From Antedon mediterranea (lineage: Eukaryota > Animalia > Echinodermata): a DNA stretch of 64,000 nucleotides. Each line of letters begins with the position of its first letter. Positions within the stretch are counted from its first letter, which is position 1. The translations under genes were made by a program, and so were the position numbers. The stretch is from positions 1-64,000 of the forward strand of contig NW_027306095.1 in the NCBI RefSeq assembly GCF_964355755.1. Reading direction: 5' to 3'. Below are positions 10,853 through 25,550 of the stretch, piece after piece. The notes below the pieces were generated by a model. That model was given only the letters and a program-made list of their open reading frames with translations. It ran no database searches and had not been told where the DNA came from.

Positions 10853-13800
10853 GACAAAGTGCACAAAATAGCTTCAAATCGCATTTAGAGACGTTTTAGA
10901 CCATTTTGTGCATTTCGATGAAACTTTTCACACAAAAACATCAAAGTGCACAAAATAGCTTCAAATCGCATTTAGAGACGTTTTAGACCATTTTGTGCAT
11001 TTCGATGAAACTTTTCACACAAAAACATCAAAGTGCACGAAATAGCTTCAAATCGCATTTGGAGACGTTTTAGACCATGTTGTGCATTTCGAAAAAACTT
11101 GATTACACAAAAACATCAAAGTGCTTAAAATCACATTTGAAACCGTTTTAGACCATTTTGAGAATTTCGATAAAACTTTTACACAAAACATTAAAGTGCA
11201 CAAAATAGCTTTAAATCGCATTTGCAGACGTTTTAGACCATTTTGTGCATTTCGATGAAACTGGATTACACAAAACATCAAAGTGCACAAAATTGCTTCA
11301 AATCGCATTTGGAGACGTTTTAGACCATTTTGTGCATTTCGAAAAAACTTTTCACACAAAAACGACAAAGTGCACAAAATAGCTTCAAATCACATTTGAA
11401 ACCGTTTTAGACCATTTTGAGAATTTCGATAAAACTTTTACACAAAACATTAAAGTGCACAAAATAGCTTTAAATCGCATTTGCAGACGTTTTAGACCAT
11501 TTTGTGCATTTCGATGAAACTTGATTACACAAAAATATCAAAGTGCTTAAAATCACATTTGAAACCGTTTTAGACCATTTTGAGCATTTCGATAAAACTT
11601 TTCACACAAAACATCAAAGTGCACAAAATAACTTCAAATCGCAATTGGAGACGTTTTAGACCATTTTGTGCATTTCGATGAAACTTTTCACACAAAAACG
11701 ACAAAGTGCACAAAATAGCTTCAAATCGCATTTAGAGACGTTTTAGACAATTTTGTACATTTCGATGAAACTGGATTACACAAAACATCAAAGTGCACAA
11801 AATTGCTTCAAATCGCATTTGGAGACGTTTTAGACCATTTTGTGCATTTCGAAAAAACTTTTCACACAAAAACGACAAAGTGCACAAAATAGCTTCAAAT
11901 CGCATTTGCAGACGTTTTAGACCATTTTGTGCATTTCGATGAAACTTTTCACACAAAAACATCAAAGTGCACCAAATTGCTTCAAATCGCATTTGGAGAC
12001 GTTTTAGACAATTTTGTGCCTTTCGATGAAACTTTTCACACAAAAACGACAAAGTGCACAAAATAGCTTCAAATCGCATTTGGAGACGTTTTAGACCATG
12101 TTGTGCATTTCGAAAAAACTTGATTACACAAAAACATCAAAGTGTTTAAAATCACATTTGAAACCGTTTTAGACCATTTTGAGAATTTCGATAAAACTTT
12201 TACACAAAACATTAAAGTGCACAAAATAGCTTTAAATCGCATTTGCAGACGTTTTAGACCATTTTGTGCATTTCGATGAAACTGGATTACACAAAACATC
12301 AAAGTGCACAAAATTGCTTCAAATCGCATTTGGAGACGTTTTAGACCATTTTGTGCATTTCGAAAAAACTTTTCACACAAAAACGACAAAGTGCACAAAA
12401 TAGCTTCAAATCACATTTGAAACCGTTTTAGACCATTTTGAGAATTTCGATAAAACTTTTACACAAAACATTAAAGTGCACAAAATAGCTTTAAATCGCA
12501 TTTGCAGACGTTTTAGACCATTTTTTGCATTTCGATGAAACTTGATTACACAAAAATATCAAAGTGCTTAAAATCACATTTGAAACCGTTTTAGACCATT
12601 TTGAGCATTTCGATAAAACTTTTCACACAAAACATCAAAGTGCACAAAATAACTTCAAATCGCAATTGGAGACGTTTTAGACCATTTTGTGCATTTCGAT
12701 GAAACTTTTCACACAAAAACGACAAAGTGCACAAAATAGCTTCAAATCGCATTTAGAGACGTTTTAGACAATTTTGTACATTTCGATGAAACTGGATTAC
12801 ACAAAACATCAAAGTGCACAAAATTGCTTCAAATCGCATTTGGAGACGTTTTAGACCATTTTGTGCATTTCGAAAAAACTTTTCACACAAAAACGACAAA
12901 GTGCACAAAATAGCTTCAAATCGCATTTGCAGACGTTTTAGACCATTTTGTGCATTTCGATGAAACTTTTCACACAAAAACATCAAAGTGCACCAAATTG
13001 CTTCAAATCGCATTTGGAGACGTTTTAGACAATTTTGTGCCTTTTGATGAAACTTTTCACACAAAAACGACAAAGTGCACAAAATAGCTTCAAATCGCAT
13101 TTGCAGACGTTTTAGACCATTTTGTGCATTTCGATGAAACTTTTCACACAAAAACATCAAAGTGCACAAAATTGCTTCAAATCGCATTTGGAGACGTTTT
13201 AGACCATTTTGAGCATTTCGATGAAACTTTTCACACAAAAACGACAAAGTCCACAAAATAGCTTCAAATCGCATTTAGAGACGTTTTAGACCATTTTGTG
13301 CATTTCGATGAAACTTTTCACAAAAAAACATCAAAGTGCACAAAATAGCTTCAAATCGCATTTGGAGACGTTTTAGACCATTTTGAGCATTTCGATGAAA
13401 CTTTTCACACAAAAACGACAAAGTGCACAAAATAGCTTCAAATCGCATTTAGAGACGTTTTAGACCATTTTGTGCATTTCGATGAAACTTTTCACACAAA
13501 AACATCAAAGTGCACAAAATAGCTTCAAATCGCATTTGGAGACGTTTTAGACCATTTTGTGCATTTCGATGAAACTTTTCACACAAAAACATCAAAGTGC
13601 ACAAAATAGCTTCAAATCGCATTTGGAGACGTTTTAGACCATGTTGTGCATTTCGAAAAAACTTGATTACACAAAAATATCAAAGTGCTTAAAATCACAT
13701 TTGAAACCGTTTTAGACAATTTTGAGCATTTCGATAAAACTTTTCACACAAAACATTAAAGTGCACAAAATAGCAAACTTTTTACACAAAACATCAAAGT

Positions 13801-16800
13801 GCACAAAAGAGCTCCAAATCGCATTTTGAGACGTTTTAGACCCTTTTGTGGATTTCGAAAAAACTTTTCACTCAAAAACATCAAAGTGCATACAATAGCT
13901 TAATATCGTATTTGGAGACGTTTTAGACAATTTTGTGCATTTCGATGAAACTTTTCACACAAAAACATCAAAGTGCACAAAATAGCTTCAAATCGCATTT
14001 GCAGACGTTTTAAACCATTTTGTGCATTTCGATGAAACTTGATTACACAAAAACATCAAAGTGCTTAAAATCACATTTGAAACTGTTTTAGACCATTTTG
14101 AGAATTTCGATAAAACTTTACACACAAAAACATCAAAGTGTACAAAATAGCTTCAAATCGCATTTAGAGACGTTTTAGACCATTTTGTGTATTTCGATGA
14201 AACTTTTCACACAAAAACATCAAAGTGCACAAAATAGCTTCAAATCGCATTTGGAGACGTTTTAGACCATGTTGTGCATTTCGAAAAAACTTGATTACAC
14301 AAAAATATCAAAGTGCTTAAAATCACATTTGAAACCGTTTTAGACAATTTTGAGCATTTCGATAAAATTTTTCACACAAAACATTAAAGTGCACAAAATA
14401 GCAAACTTTTTACACAAAATATCAAAGTGCACAAAAGAGCTCCAAATCGCATTGGGAGACGTTTTAGACCATTTTGTGCATTTCGAAAAAACTTTTCACT
14501 CAAAAACATCAAAGTGCATACAATAGCTTAATATCGTATTTGGAGACGTTTTAGACAATTTTGTGCATTTCTATGAAACTTTTCACACAAAAACATCAAA
14601 GTGCACAAAATAGCTTCAAATCGCATTTGCAGACGTTTTAAACCATTTTGTGCATTTCGATGAAACTTGATTACACAAAAACATCAAAGTGCTTAAAATC
14701 ACATTTGAAACCGTTTTAGACCATTTTGAGAATTTCGATAAAACTTTTCACACAAAACATTAAAGTGCACAAAATAGCTTTAAATCGCATTTGCAGACGT
14801 TTTAGACCATTTTGTGCATTTCGATGAAACTTGATTACACAAAAATATCAAAGTGCTTAAAATCACATTTGAAACCGTTTTAGACCATTTTGAGCATTTC
14901 GATAAAACTTTTCACACAAAACATCAAAGTGCACAAAATAACTTCAAATCGCAATTGGAGACGTTTTAGACCATTTTGTGCATTTCGAAAAAACTTTTCA
15001 CACAAAAACGACAAAGTGCACAAAATAGCTTCAAATCGCATTTGCAGACGTTTTAGACCATTTTGTGCATTTCGATGAAACTTTTCACACAAAAACATCA
15101 AAGTGCACAAAATTGCTTCAAATCGCATTTGGAGACGTTTTAGACCATTTTGAGCATTTCGATGAAACTTTTCACACAAAAACGACAAAGTGCACAAAAT
15201 AGCTTCAAATCGGATTTAGAGACGTTTTAGACAATTTTGTGCATTTCGATGAAACTTTTCACAAAAAAACATCAAAGTGCACAAAATAGCTTCAAATCGC
15301 ATTTGGAGACGTTTTAGACCATTTTGTGCATTTCGATGAAACTTTTCACACAAAAACATCAAATTGCACAAAATTGCTTCAAATCTCATTTGGAGACGTT
15401 TTAGACCATTTTGAGCATTTCGATGAAACTTTTCACACAAAAACGACAAAGTGCACAAAATAGTTTCAAATCGCATTTAGAGACGTTTTAGACCATTTTG
15501 TGCATTTCGATGAAACTTTTCACAAAAAAACATCAAAGTGCACAAAATAGCTTCAAATCGCATTTAGAGACGTTTTAGACCATTTTGTGCATTTCGATGA
15601 AACTTTTCACACAAAAACATCAAAGTGCACAAAATTGCTTCAAATCGCATTTGGAGACGTTTTAGACCATTTTGAGCATTTCGATGAAACTTTTCACACA
15701 AAAACGACAAAGTGCACAAAATAGCTTCAAATCGCATTTAGAGACGTTTTAGACCATTTTGTGCATTTCGATGAAACTTTTCACACAAAAACGACAAAGT
15801 GCACAAAATAGCTTCAAATCGCATTTAGAGACGTTTTAGACCATTTTGTGCATTTCGATGAAACTTTTCACACAAAAACATTAAAGTGCACAAAATAGCT
15901 TCAAATCGCATTTAGAGACGTTTTAGACCATTTTGTGCAATTCGATGAAACTTTTCACACAAAAACATGAAAGTGCACAAAATAGCTTCAAATCGCATTT
16001 GGAGACGTTTTAGACCATGTTGTGCATTTCGAAAAAACTTGATTACACAAAAACATCAAAGTGCTTAAAATCACATTTGAAACCGTTTTAGACTATTTTG
16101 AGAATTTCGATAAAACTTTTCACACAAAACATTAAAGTGCACAAAATAGCTTTAAATCGCATTTGCAGACGTTTTAGACCATTTTGTGCATTTCGATGAA
16201 ACTTGATTACACAAAAATATCAAAGTGCTTAAAATCACATTTGAAACCGTTTTAGACCATTTTGAGCATTTCGATAAAACTTTCACACAAAACATCAAAG
16301 TGCACAAAATAACTTCAAATTGCAATTGGAGACGTTTTAGACCATTTTGTGCATTTCGATGAAACTTTTCACACAAAAACGACAAAGTGCACAAAATAGC
16401 TTCAAATCGCATTTAGAGACGTTTTAGACAATTTTGTACATTTCGATGAAACTGGATTACACAAAACATCAAAGTGCACAAAATTGCTTCAAATCGCAAT
16501 TGGAGACGTTTTAGACCATTTTGTGCATTTCGAAAAAACTTTTCACACAAAAACGACAAAGTGCACAAAATAGCTTCAAATCGAATTTAGAGACGTTTTA
16601 GACAATTTTGTACATTTCGATGAATCTGGATTACACAAAACATCAAAGTGCACAAAATTGCTTCAAATCGCATTTGGAGTCGTTTTAGACCATTTTGTGC
16701 ATTTCGAAAAAACTTTTCACACAAAAACGTCAAAGTGCCCAAAATAGCTTCAAATCGCATTTGCAGACGTTTTAGACCATTTTGTGCATTTCGATGAAAC

Positions 16801-19800
16801 TTTTCACACAAAAACATCAAAGTGCACAAAATTGCTTCAAATCGCATTTGGAGACGTTTTAGACCATTTTGAGCATTTCGATGAAACTTTTCACACAAAA
16901 ACGACAAAGTGCACAAAATAGCTTCAAATCGCATTTAGAGACGTTTTAGACAATTTTGTGCCTTTCGATGAAACTTTTCACAAAAAAACATCAAAGTGCA
17001 CAAAATAGCTTCAAATCGCATTTGCAGACGTTTTAGACCATTTTGTGAATTTCGATGAAACTTTTCACACAAAAACATCAAAGTGCACAAAATTGCTTCA
17101 AATCGCATTTGGAGACGTTTTAGACCATTTTGAGCATTTCGATGAAACTTTTCACACAAAAACATCAAAGTGCACAAAATAGCTTCAAATCGCATTTGCA
17201 GACGTTTTAGACCATTTTGAGCATTTCGATGAAACTTTTCACACAAAAACGACAAAGTGCACAAAATAGCTTCAAATCGCATTTAGAGACGTTTTAGACC
17301 ATTTTGTGCATTTCGATGAAACTTTTCACACAAAAACATCAAAGTGCACAAAATAGCTTCAAATCGCATTTAGAGACGTTTTAGACCATTTTGTGCATTT
17401 CGATGAAACTTTTCACACAAAAACATCAAAGTGCACAAAATAGCTTCAAATCGCATTTGGAGACGTTTTAGACCATGTTGTGCATTTCGAAAAAACTTGA
17501 TTACACAAAAATATCAAAGTGCTTAAAATCACATTTGAAACCGTTTTAGACAATTTTGAGCATTTCGATAAAACTTTTCACACAAAACATTAAAAGTGCA
17601 CAAAATAGCAAACTTTTTACACAAAAAAAATTAAAGTGCACAAAAGAGCTCCAAATCGCATTTGGAGACGTTTTAGAACATTTTGTGCATTTCGAAAAAA
17701 CTTTTCACTCAAAAACATCAAAGTGCATACAATAGCTTAATATCGTATTTGGAGACGTTTTAGACAATTTTGTGCATTTCGATGAAACTTTTCACACAAA
17801 AACATCAAAGTGCACAAAATAGCTTCAAATCGAATTTGCAGACGTTTTAAACCATTTTGTGCATTTCGATGAAACTTGATTACACAAAAACATCAAAGTG
17901 CTTAAAATCACATTTGAAACCGTTTTAGACCATTTTGAGAATTTCGATAAAACTTTTCACACAAAACATTGAAGTGCACAAAATAGCTTTAAATCGCATT
18001 TGCAGACGTTTTAGACCATTTTGTGCATTTCGAAGAAACTTGATTACACAAAAATATCAAAGTGCTTAAATTCACATTTGAAACCGTTTTAGACCATTTT
18101 GAGCATTTCGATAAAACTTTTCACACAAAACATCAAAGTGCACAAAATAACTTCAAATCGCAATTGGAGACGTTTTAGACCATTTTGTGCATTTCGAAAA
18201 AACTTTTCACACAAAAACGACAAAGTGCACAAAATAGCTTCAAATCGCATTTAGAGACGTTTTAGACAATTTTGTACATTTCGATGAAACTGGATTACAC
18301 AAAACATCAAAGTGCACAAAATAGCTTCAAATCGCATTTGCAGACGTTTTAGACCATTTTGTGCATTTCGATGAAACTTTTCACACAAAAACATCAAAGT
18401 GCACAAAATTGCTTCAAATCGCATTTGGAGACGTTTTAGACCATTTTGAGCATTTAGATGAAACTTTTCACACAAAAACGACAAAGTGCACAAAATAGCT
18501 TCAAATCGCATTTAGAGACGTTTTAGACCATTTTGTGCATTTCGATGAAACTTTTCACAAAAAAACATCAAAGTGCACAAAATAGCTTCAAATCGCAATT
18601 AGAGACGTTTTAGACCATTTTGTGCATTTCGATGAAACTTTTCACACAAAAACATCAAAGTGCACAAAATAGCTTCAAATTGCATTTAGAGACGTTTGAG
18701 ACCATTTTGAGCATTTCGATGAAACTTTTCACACAAAAACGACAAAGTGCACAAAATAGCTTCAAATCGCATTTAGAGACGTTTTAGACCATTTTGTGCA
18801 TTTCGATGAAACTTTTCACACAAAAACATCAAAGTGCACAAAATAGCTTCAAATCGCATTTAGAGACGTTTTAGACCATTTTGTGCATTTCGATGAAACT
18901 TTTCACACAAAAACATCAAAGTGCACAAAATAGCTTCAAATCGCATTTGGAGACGTTTTAGACCATGTTGTGCATTTCGAAAAAACTTGATTACACAAAA
19001 ATATCAAAGTGCTTAAAATCACATTTGAAACCGTTTTAGACAATTTTGAGCATTTCGATAAAACTTTTCACACAAAACATTAAAGTGCACAAAATAGCAA
19101 ACTTTTTACACAAAACATCAAAGTGCACAAAAGAGCTCCAAATCGCATTTGGAGACGTTTTAGACCATTTTGTGCATTTCGAAAAAACTTTTCACTCAAA
19201 AACAACAAAGTGCATACAATAGCTTAATATCGTATTTGGAGACGTTTTAGACAATTTTGTGCATTTCGATGAAACTTTTCACACAAAAACATCAAAGTGC
19301 ACAAAATAGCTTCAAATCGCATTTAGAGACGTTTTAGACCATTTTGTGCATTTCGATGAAACTTTTCACACAAAAACATCAAAGGGCACAAAATAGCTTC
19401 AAATCGCATTTAGAGACGTTTTAGACCATTTTGTGTATTTCGATGAAACTTTTCACACAAAAACATCAAAGTGCACAAAATAGCTTCAAATCGCATTTGG
19501 AGACGTTTTAGACCATGTTGTGCATTTCGAAAAAACTTGATTACACAAAAATATCAAAGTGCTTAAAATCACATTTGAAACCGTTTTAGACAATTTTGAG
19601 CATTTCGATAAAACTTTTCACACAAAACATTAAAAGTGCACAAAATAGCAAACTTTTTACACAAAAAAAATTAAAGTGCACAAAAGAGCTCCAAATGGCA
19701 TTTGGAGACGTTTTAGAACATTTTGTGCATTTCGAAAAAACTTTTTACTCAAAAACATCAAAGTGCATAAAATAGCTTAATATCGTATTTGGAGACGTTT

Positions 19801-22198
19801 TAGATAATTTTGTGCATTTCGATGAAACTTTTCACACAAAAACATCAAAGTGCACAAAATAGCTTCAAATCGCATTTGCAGACGTTTTAGACCATTTTGT
19901 GCATTTCGATTAAACTTGATTACACAAAAATATCAAAGTGCTTAAAATCACATTTGAAACCGTTTTAGACCATTTTGAGCATTTCGATAAAACTTTTCAC
20001 ACAAAACATCAAAGTGCACAAAATAACTTCAAATCGCAATTGGAGACGTTTTAGACCATTTTGTGCATTTCGAAAAAACTTTTCACACAAAAACGACAAA
20101 GTGCACAAAATAGCTTCAAATCGCATTTAGAGACGTTTTAGACAATTTTGTACATTTCGATGAAACTGGATTACACAAAACATCAAAGTGCACAAAATAG
20201 CTTCAAATCGCATTTGCAGACGTTTTAGACCATTTTGTGCATTTCGATGAAACTTTTCACACAAAAACATCAAAGTGCACAAAATTGCTTCAAATCGCAT
20301 TTGGAGACGTTTTAGACCATTTTGAGCATTTAGGTGAAACTTTTCACACAAAAACGACAAAGTGCACAAAATAGCTTCAAATCGCATTTAGAGACGTTTT
20401 AGACCATTTTGTGCATTTCGATGAAACTTTTCACAAAAAAACATCAAAGTGCACAAAATAGCTTCAAATCGCATTTAGAGACGTTTTAGACCATTTTGTG
20501 CATTTCGATGAAACTTTTCACACAAAAACATCAAAGTGCACAAAATAGCTTCAAATCGCATTTAGAGACGTTTTAGACCATTTTGAGCATTTCGATGAAA
20601 CTTTTCACACAAAAACGACAAAGTGCACAAAATAGCTTCAAATCGCATTTAGAGACGTTTTAGACCATTTTGTGCATTTCGATGAAACTTTTCACACAAA
20701 AACATCAAAGTGCACAAAATAGCTTCAAATCGCATTTGGAGACGTTTTAGACCATGTTGTGCATTTCGAAAAAACTTGATTACACAAAAATATCAAAGTG
20801 CTTAAAATCACATTTGAAACCGTTTTAGACAATTTTGAGCATTTCGATAAAACTTTTCACACAAAACATTAAAGTGCACAAAATAGCAAACTTTTTACAC
20901 AAAACATCAAAGTGCACAAAAGAGCTCCAAATCGCATTGGGAGACGTTTTAGACCATTTTGTGCATTTCGAAAAAACTTTTCACTCAAAAACATCAAAGT
21001 GCATACAATAGCTTAATATCGTATTTGGAGACGTTTTAGACAATTTTGTGCATTTCGATGAAACTTTTCACACAAAAACATCAAAGTGCACAAAATAGCT
21101 TCAAATCGCATTTGCAGACGTTTTAAACCATTTTGTGCATTTCGATGAAACTTGATTACACAAAAACCTCAAAGTGCTTAAAATCACATTTGAAACCGTT
21201 TTAGACCATTTTGAGAATTTCGATAAAACTTTTCACACAAAACATTAAAGTGCACAAAATAGCTTTAAATCGCATTTGCAGACGTTTTAGACCATTTTGT
21301 GCATTTCGATGAAACTTGATTACACAAAAATATCAAAGTGCTTAAAATCACATTTGAAACCGTTTTAGACCATTTTGAGCATTTCGATAAAACTTTTCAC
21401 ACAAAACACCAAAGTGCACAAAATAACTTCAAATCGCAATTGGAGACGTTTTAGACCATTTTGTGCATTTCGAAAAAACTTTTCACACAAAAACGACAAA
21501 GTGCACAAAATAGCTTCAAATCGCATTTGCAGACGTTTTAGACCATTTTGTGCATTTCGATGAAACTTTTCACACAAAAACATCAAAGTGCACAAAATTG
21601 CTTCAAATCGCATTTGGAGACGTTTTAGACCATTTTGAGCATTTCGATGAAACTTTTCACACAAAAACGACAAAGTGCACAAAATAGCTTCAAATCGGAT
21701 TTAGAGACGTTTTAGACAATTTTGTGCATTTCGATGAAACTTTTCACAAAAAAACATCAAAGTGCACAAAATAGCTTCAAATCGCATTTGGAGACGTTTT
21801 AGACCATTTTGTGCATTTCGATGAAACTTTTCACACAAAAACATCAAATTGCACAAAATTGCTTCAAATCGCATTTGGAGACGTTTTAGACCATTTTGAG
21901 CATTTCGATGAAACTTTTCACACAAAAACGACAAAGTGCACAAAATAGCTTCAAATCGCATTTAGAGACGTTTTAGACCATTTTGTGCATTTCGATGAAA
22001 CTTTTCACAAAAAAACATCAAAGTGCACAAAATAGCTTCAAATCGCATTTAGAGACGTTTTAGACCATTTTGTGCATTTCGATGAAACTTTTCACACAAA
22101 AACATCAAAGTGCACAAAATAGCTTCAAATCGCATTTAGAGACGTTTTAGACCATTTTGTGCATTTCGATGAAACTTTTCACAAAAAAACATCAAAGT
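8049..22198 (-). repeat. Satellite block 4, reverse orientation (~14.1 kb)
   Basis: Reverse-complement monomers throughout; the MRFEAIL ORFs are on the minus strand. Confidence 0.97.
11045..13095 (-). repeat. Tandem duplication, 1021-bp (12-monomer) unit, 2 copies
   Basis: ORF pairs 11048/12069 and 11732/12753; shared gtgcaccaaatt and cttttacac variants. Confidence 0.88.
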
Positions 22199-22208
22199 TT
22201 AATGTTTT
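22186..22208. other. Reverse-to-forward quasi-palindromic inversion junction
   Basis: aaaacatcaaa-g-tttaatgtttt: 1-nt centre, one mismatch, located at the GTGCAC position with TGCAC missing. Confidence 0.92.
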
Positions 22209-23507
22209 GTGTGAAAAGTTTCATCGAAATGCACAAAATGGTCTAAAACGTCTCTAAATGCGATTTGAAGCTATTTTGTGCACTTTGATGTTTTTGTGTG
22301 AAAAGTTTAATCGAAATGCACAAAATGGTCTAAAACGTCTCTAAATGCGATTTGAAGCTATTTTGTGCACTTTGATGTTTTTGTGTGAAAAGTTTCATCG
22401 AAATGCACAAAATGGTCTAAAACGTCTCTAAATGCGATTTGAAGCTATTTTGTGCACTTTGATGTTTTTGTGTGAAAAGTTTCATCGAAATGCACAAAAT
22501 GGTCTAAAACGACTCTAAATGCGATTTGAAGCTATCTTGTGCACTTTGATGTTTTTGTGTGAAAAGTTTCATCGAAATGCACAAAATGGTCTAAAACGTC
22601 TCTAAATGCGATTTGAAGCTATTTTGTGCACTTTGATGTTTTTTTGTGAAAAGTTTCATCGAAATGCACAAAATGGTCTAAAACGTCTCTAAATGCGATT
22701 TGAAGCTATTTTGTGGACTTTGTCGTTTTTGTGTGAAAAGTTTCATCGAAATGCTCAAAATGGTCTAAAACGTCTCCAAATGCGATTTGAAGCAATTTTG
22801 TGCACTTTGATGTTTTTGTGTGAAAAGTTTCATCGAAATGCACAAAATGGTCTAAAACGTCTGCAAATGCGATTTGAAGCTATTTTGTGCACTTTGTCGT
22901 TTTTGTGTGAAAAGTTTCATCGAAATGCACAAAATGGTCTAAAACGTCTCCAAATGCGATTTGAAGCTATTTTGTGCACTTTGATGTTTTTTTGTGAAAA
23001 GTTTCATCGAAATGCACAAAATTGTCTAAAACGTCTCTAAATCCGATTTGAAGCTATTTTGTGCACTTTGTCGTTTTTGTGTGAAAAGTTTCATCGAAAT
23101 GCTCAAAATGGTCTAAAACGTCTCCAAATGCGATTTGAAGCAATTTTGTGCACTTTGATGTTTTTGTGTGAAAAGTTTCATCGAAATGCACAAAATGGTC
23201 TAAAACGTCTGCAAATGCGATTTGAAGCTATTTTGTGCACTTTGTCGTTTTTGTGTGAAAAGTTTTTTCGAAATGCACAAAATGGTCTAAAACGTCTCCA
23301 ATTGCGATTTGAAGTTATTTTGTGCACTTTGATGTTTTGTGTGAAAAGTTTTATCGAAATGCTCAAAATGGTCTAAAACGGTTTCAAATGTGATTTTAAG
23401 CACTTTGATATTTTTGTGTAATCAAGTTTCATCGAAATGCACAAAATGGTCTAAAACGTCTGCAAATGCGATTTAAAGCTATTTTGTGCACTTTAATGTT
23501 TTGTGTG

Positions 23508-25113
23508 AAAAGTTTTATCGAAATTCTCAAAATGGTCTAAAACGGTTTCAAATGTGATTTGAAGCTATTTTGTGCACTTTGTCGTTTTTGTGTGAAAAGT
23601 TTTTTCGAAATGCACAAAATGGTCTAAAACGTCTCCAAATGCGATTTGAAGCAATTTTGTGCACTTTGATGTTTTGTGTAATCCAGTTTCATCGAAATGC
23701 ACAAAATGGTCTAAAACGTCTGCAAATGCGATTTAAAGCTATTTTGTGCACTTTAATGTTTTGTGTAAAAGTTTTATCGAAATTCTCAAAATGGTCTAAA
23801 ACGGTTTCAAATGTGATTTTAAACACTTTGATGTTTTTGTGTAATCAAGTTTTTTCGAAATGCACAACATGGTCTAAAACGTCTCCAAATGCGATTTGAA
23901 GCTATTTTGTGCACTTTGTCGTTTTTGTGTGAAAAGTTTCATCGAAAGGCACAAAATTGTCTAAAACGTCTCCAAATGCGATTTGAAGCAATTTGGTGCA
24001 CTTTGATGTTTTTGTGTGAAAAGTTTCATCGAAATGCACAAAATGGTCTAAAACGTCTGCAAATGCGATTTGAAGCTATTTTGTGCACTTTGTCGTTTTT
24101 GTGTGAAAAGTTTTTTCGAAATGCACAAAATGGTCTAAAACGTCTCCAAATGCGATTTGAAGCAATTTTGTGCACTTTGATGTTTTGTGTAATCCAGTTT
24201 CATCGAAATGTACAAAATTGTCTAAAACGTCTCTAAATGCGATTTGAAGCTATTTTGTGCACTTTGTCGTTTTTGTGTGAAAAGTTTCATCGAAATGCAC
24301 AAAATGGTCTAAAACGTCTCCAATTGCGATTTGAAGTTATTTTGTGCACTTTGATGTTTTGTGTGAAAAGTTTTATCGAAATGCTCAAAATGGTCTAAAA
24401 CGGTTTCAAATGTGATTTTAAGCACTTTGATATTTTTGTGTAATCAAGTTTCATCGAAATGCACAAAATGGTCTAAAACGTCTGCAAATGCGATTTAAAG
24501 CTATTTTGTGCACTTTAATGTTTTGTGTAAAAGTTTTATCGAAATTCTCAAAATGGTCTAAAACGGTTTCAAATGTGATTTGAAGCTATTTTGTGCACTT
24601 TGTCGTTTTTGTGTGAAAAGTTTTTTCGAAATGCACAAAATGGTCTAAAACGTCTCCAAATGCGATTTGAAGCAATTTTGTGCACTTTGATGTTTTGTGT
24701 AATCCAGTTTCATCGAAATGCACAAAATGGTCTAAAACGTCTGCAAATGCGATTTAAAGCTATTTTGTGCACTTTAATGTTTTGTGTAAAAGTTTTATCG
24801 AAATTCTCAAAATGGTCTAAAACGGTTTCAAATGTGATTTTAAGCACTTTGATGTTTTTGTGTAATCAAGTTTTTTCGAAATGCACAACATGGTCTAAAA
24901 CGTCTCCAAATGCGATTTGAAGCTATTTCGTGCACTTTGATGTTTTTGTGTGAAAAGTTTCATCGAAATGCACAAAATGGTCTAAAACGTCTCTAAATGC
25001 GATTTGAAGCTATTTTGTGCACTTTGATGTTTTTGTGTGAAAAGTTTCATCGAAATGCACAAAATGGTCTAAAACGTCTCTAAATGCGATTTGAAGCTAT
25101 TTTGTGCACTTTG
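23508..25113. repeat. Inverted copy of ~10855-12460
   Basis: Mirror sum 35968 for three ORF pairs with identical translations; private gcacgaaat (~11035) / atttcgtgc (~24925). Confidence 0.9.
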
Positions 25114-25550
25114 ATGTTTTTTTGTGAAAAGTTTCATCGAAATGCACAAAATGGTCTAAAACGTCTCTAAATGCGATTTGAAGCTATTTTGTGCACTTTG
25201 TCGTTTTTGTGTGAAAAGTTTCATCGAAATGCTCAAAATGGTCTAAAACGTCTCCAAATGCGATTTGAAGCAATTTTGTGCACTTTGATGTTTTTGTGTG
25301 AAAAGTTTCATCGAAATGCACAAAATGGTCTAAAACGTCTGCAAATGCGATTTGAAGCTAATTTGTGCACTTTGATGTTTTTTTGTGAAAAGTTTCATCG
25401 AAAGGCACAAAATTGTCTAAAAAGTCTCTAACTGCGATTTGAAGCTATTTTGTGCACTTTGTCGTTTTTGTGTGAAAAGTTTCATCGAAATGCTCAAAAT
25501 GGTCTAAAACGTCTCCAAATGCGATTTGAAGCAATTTTGTGCACTTTGAT

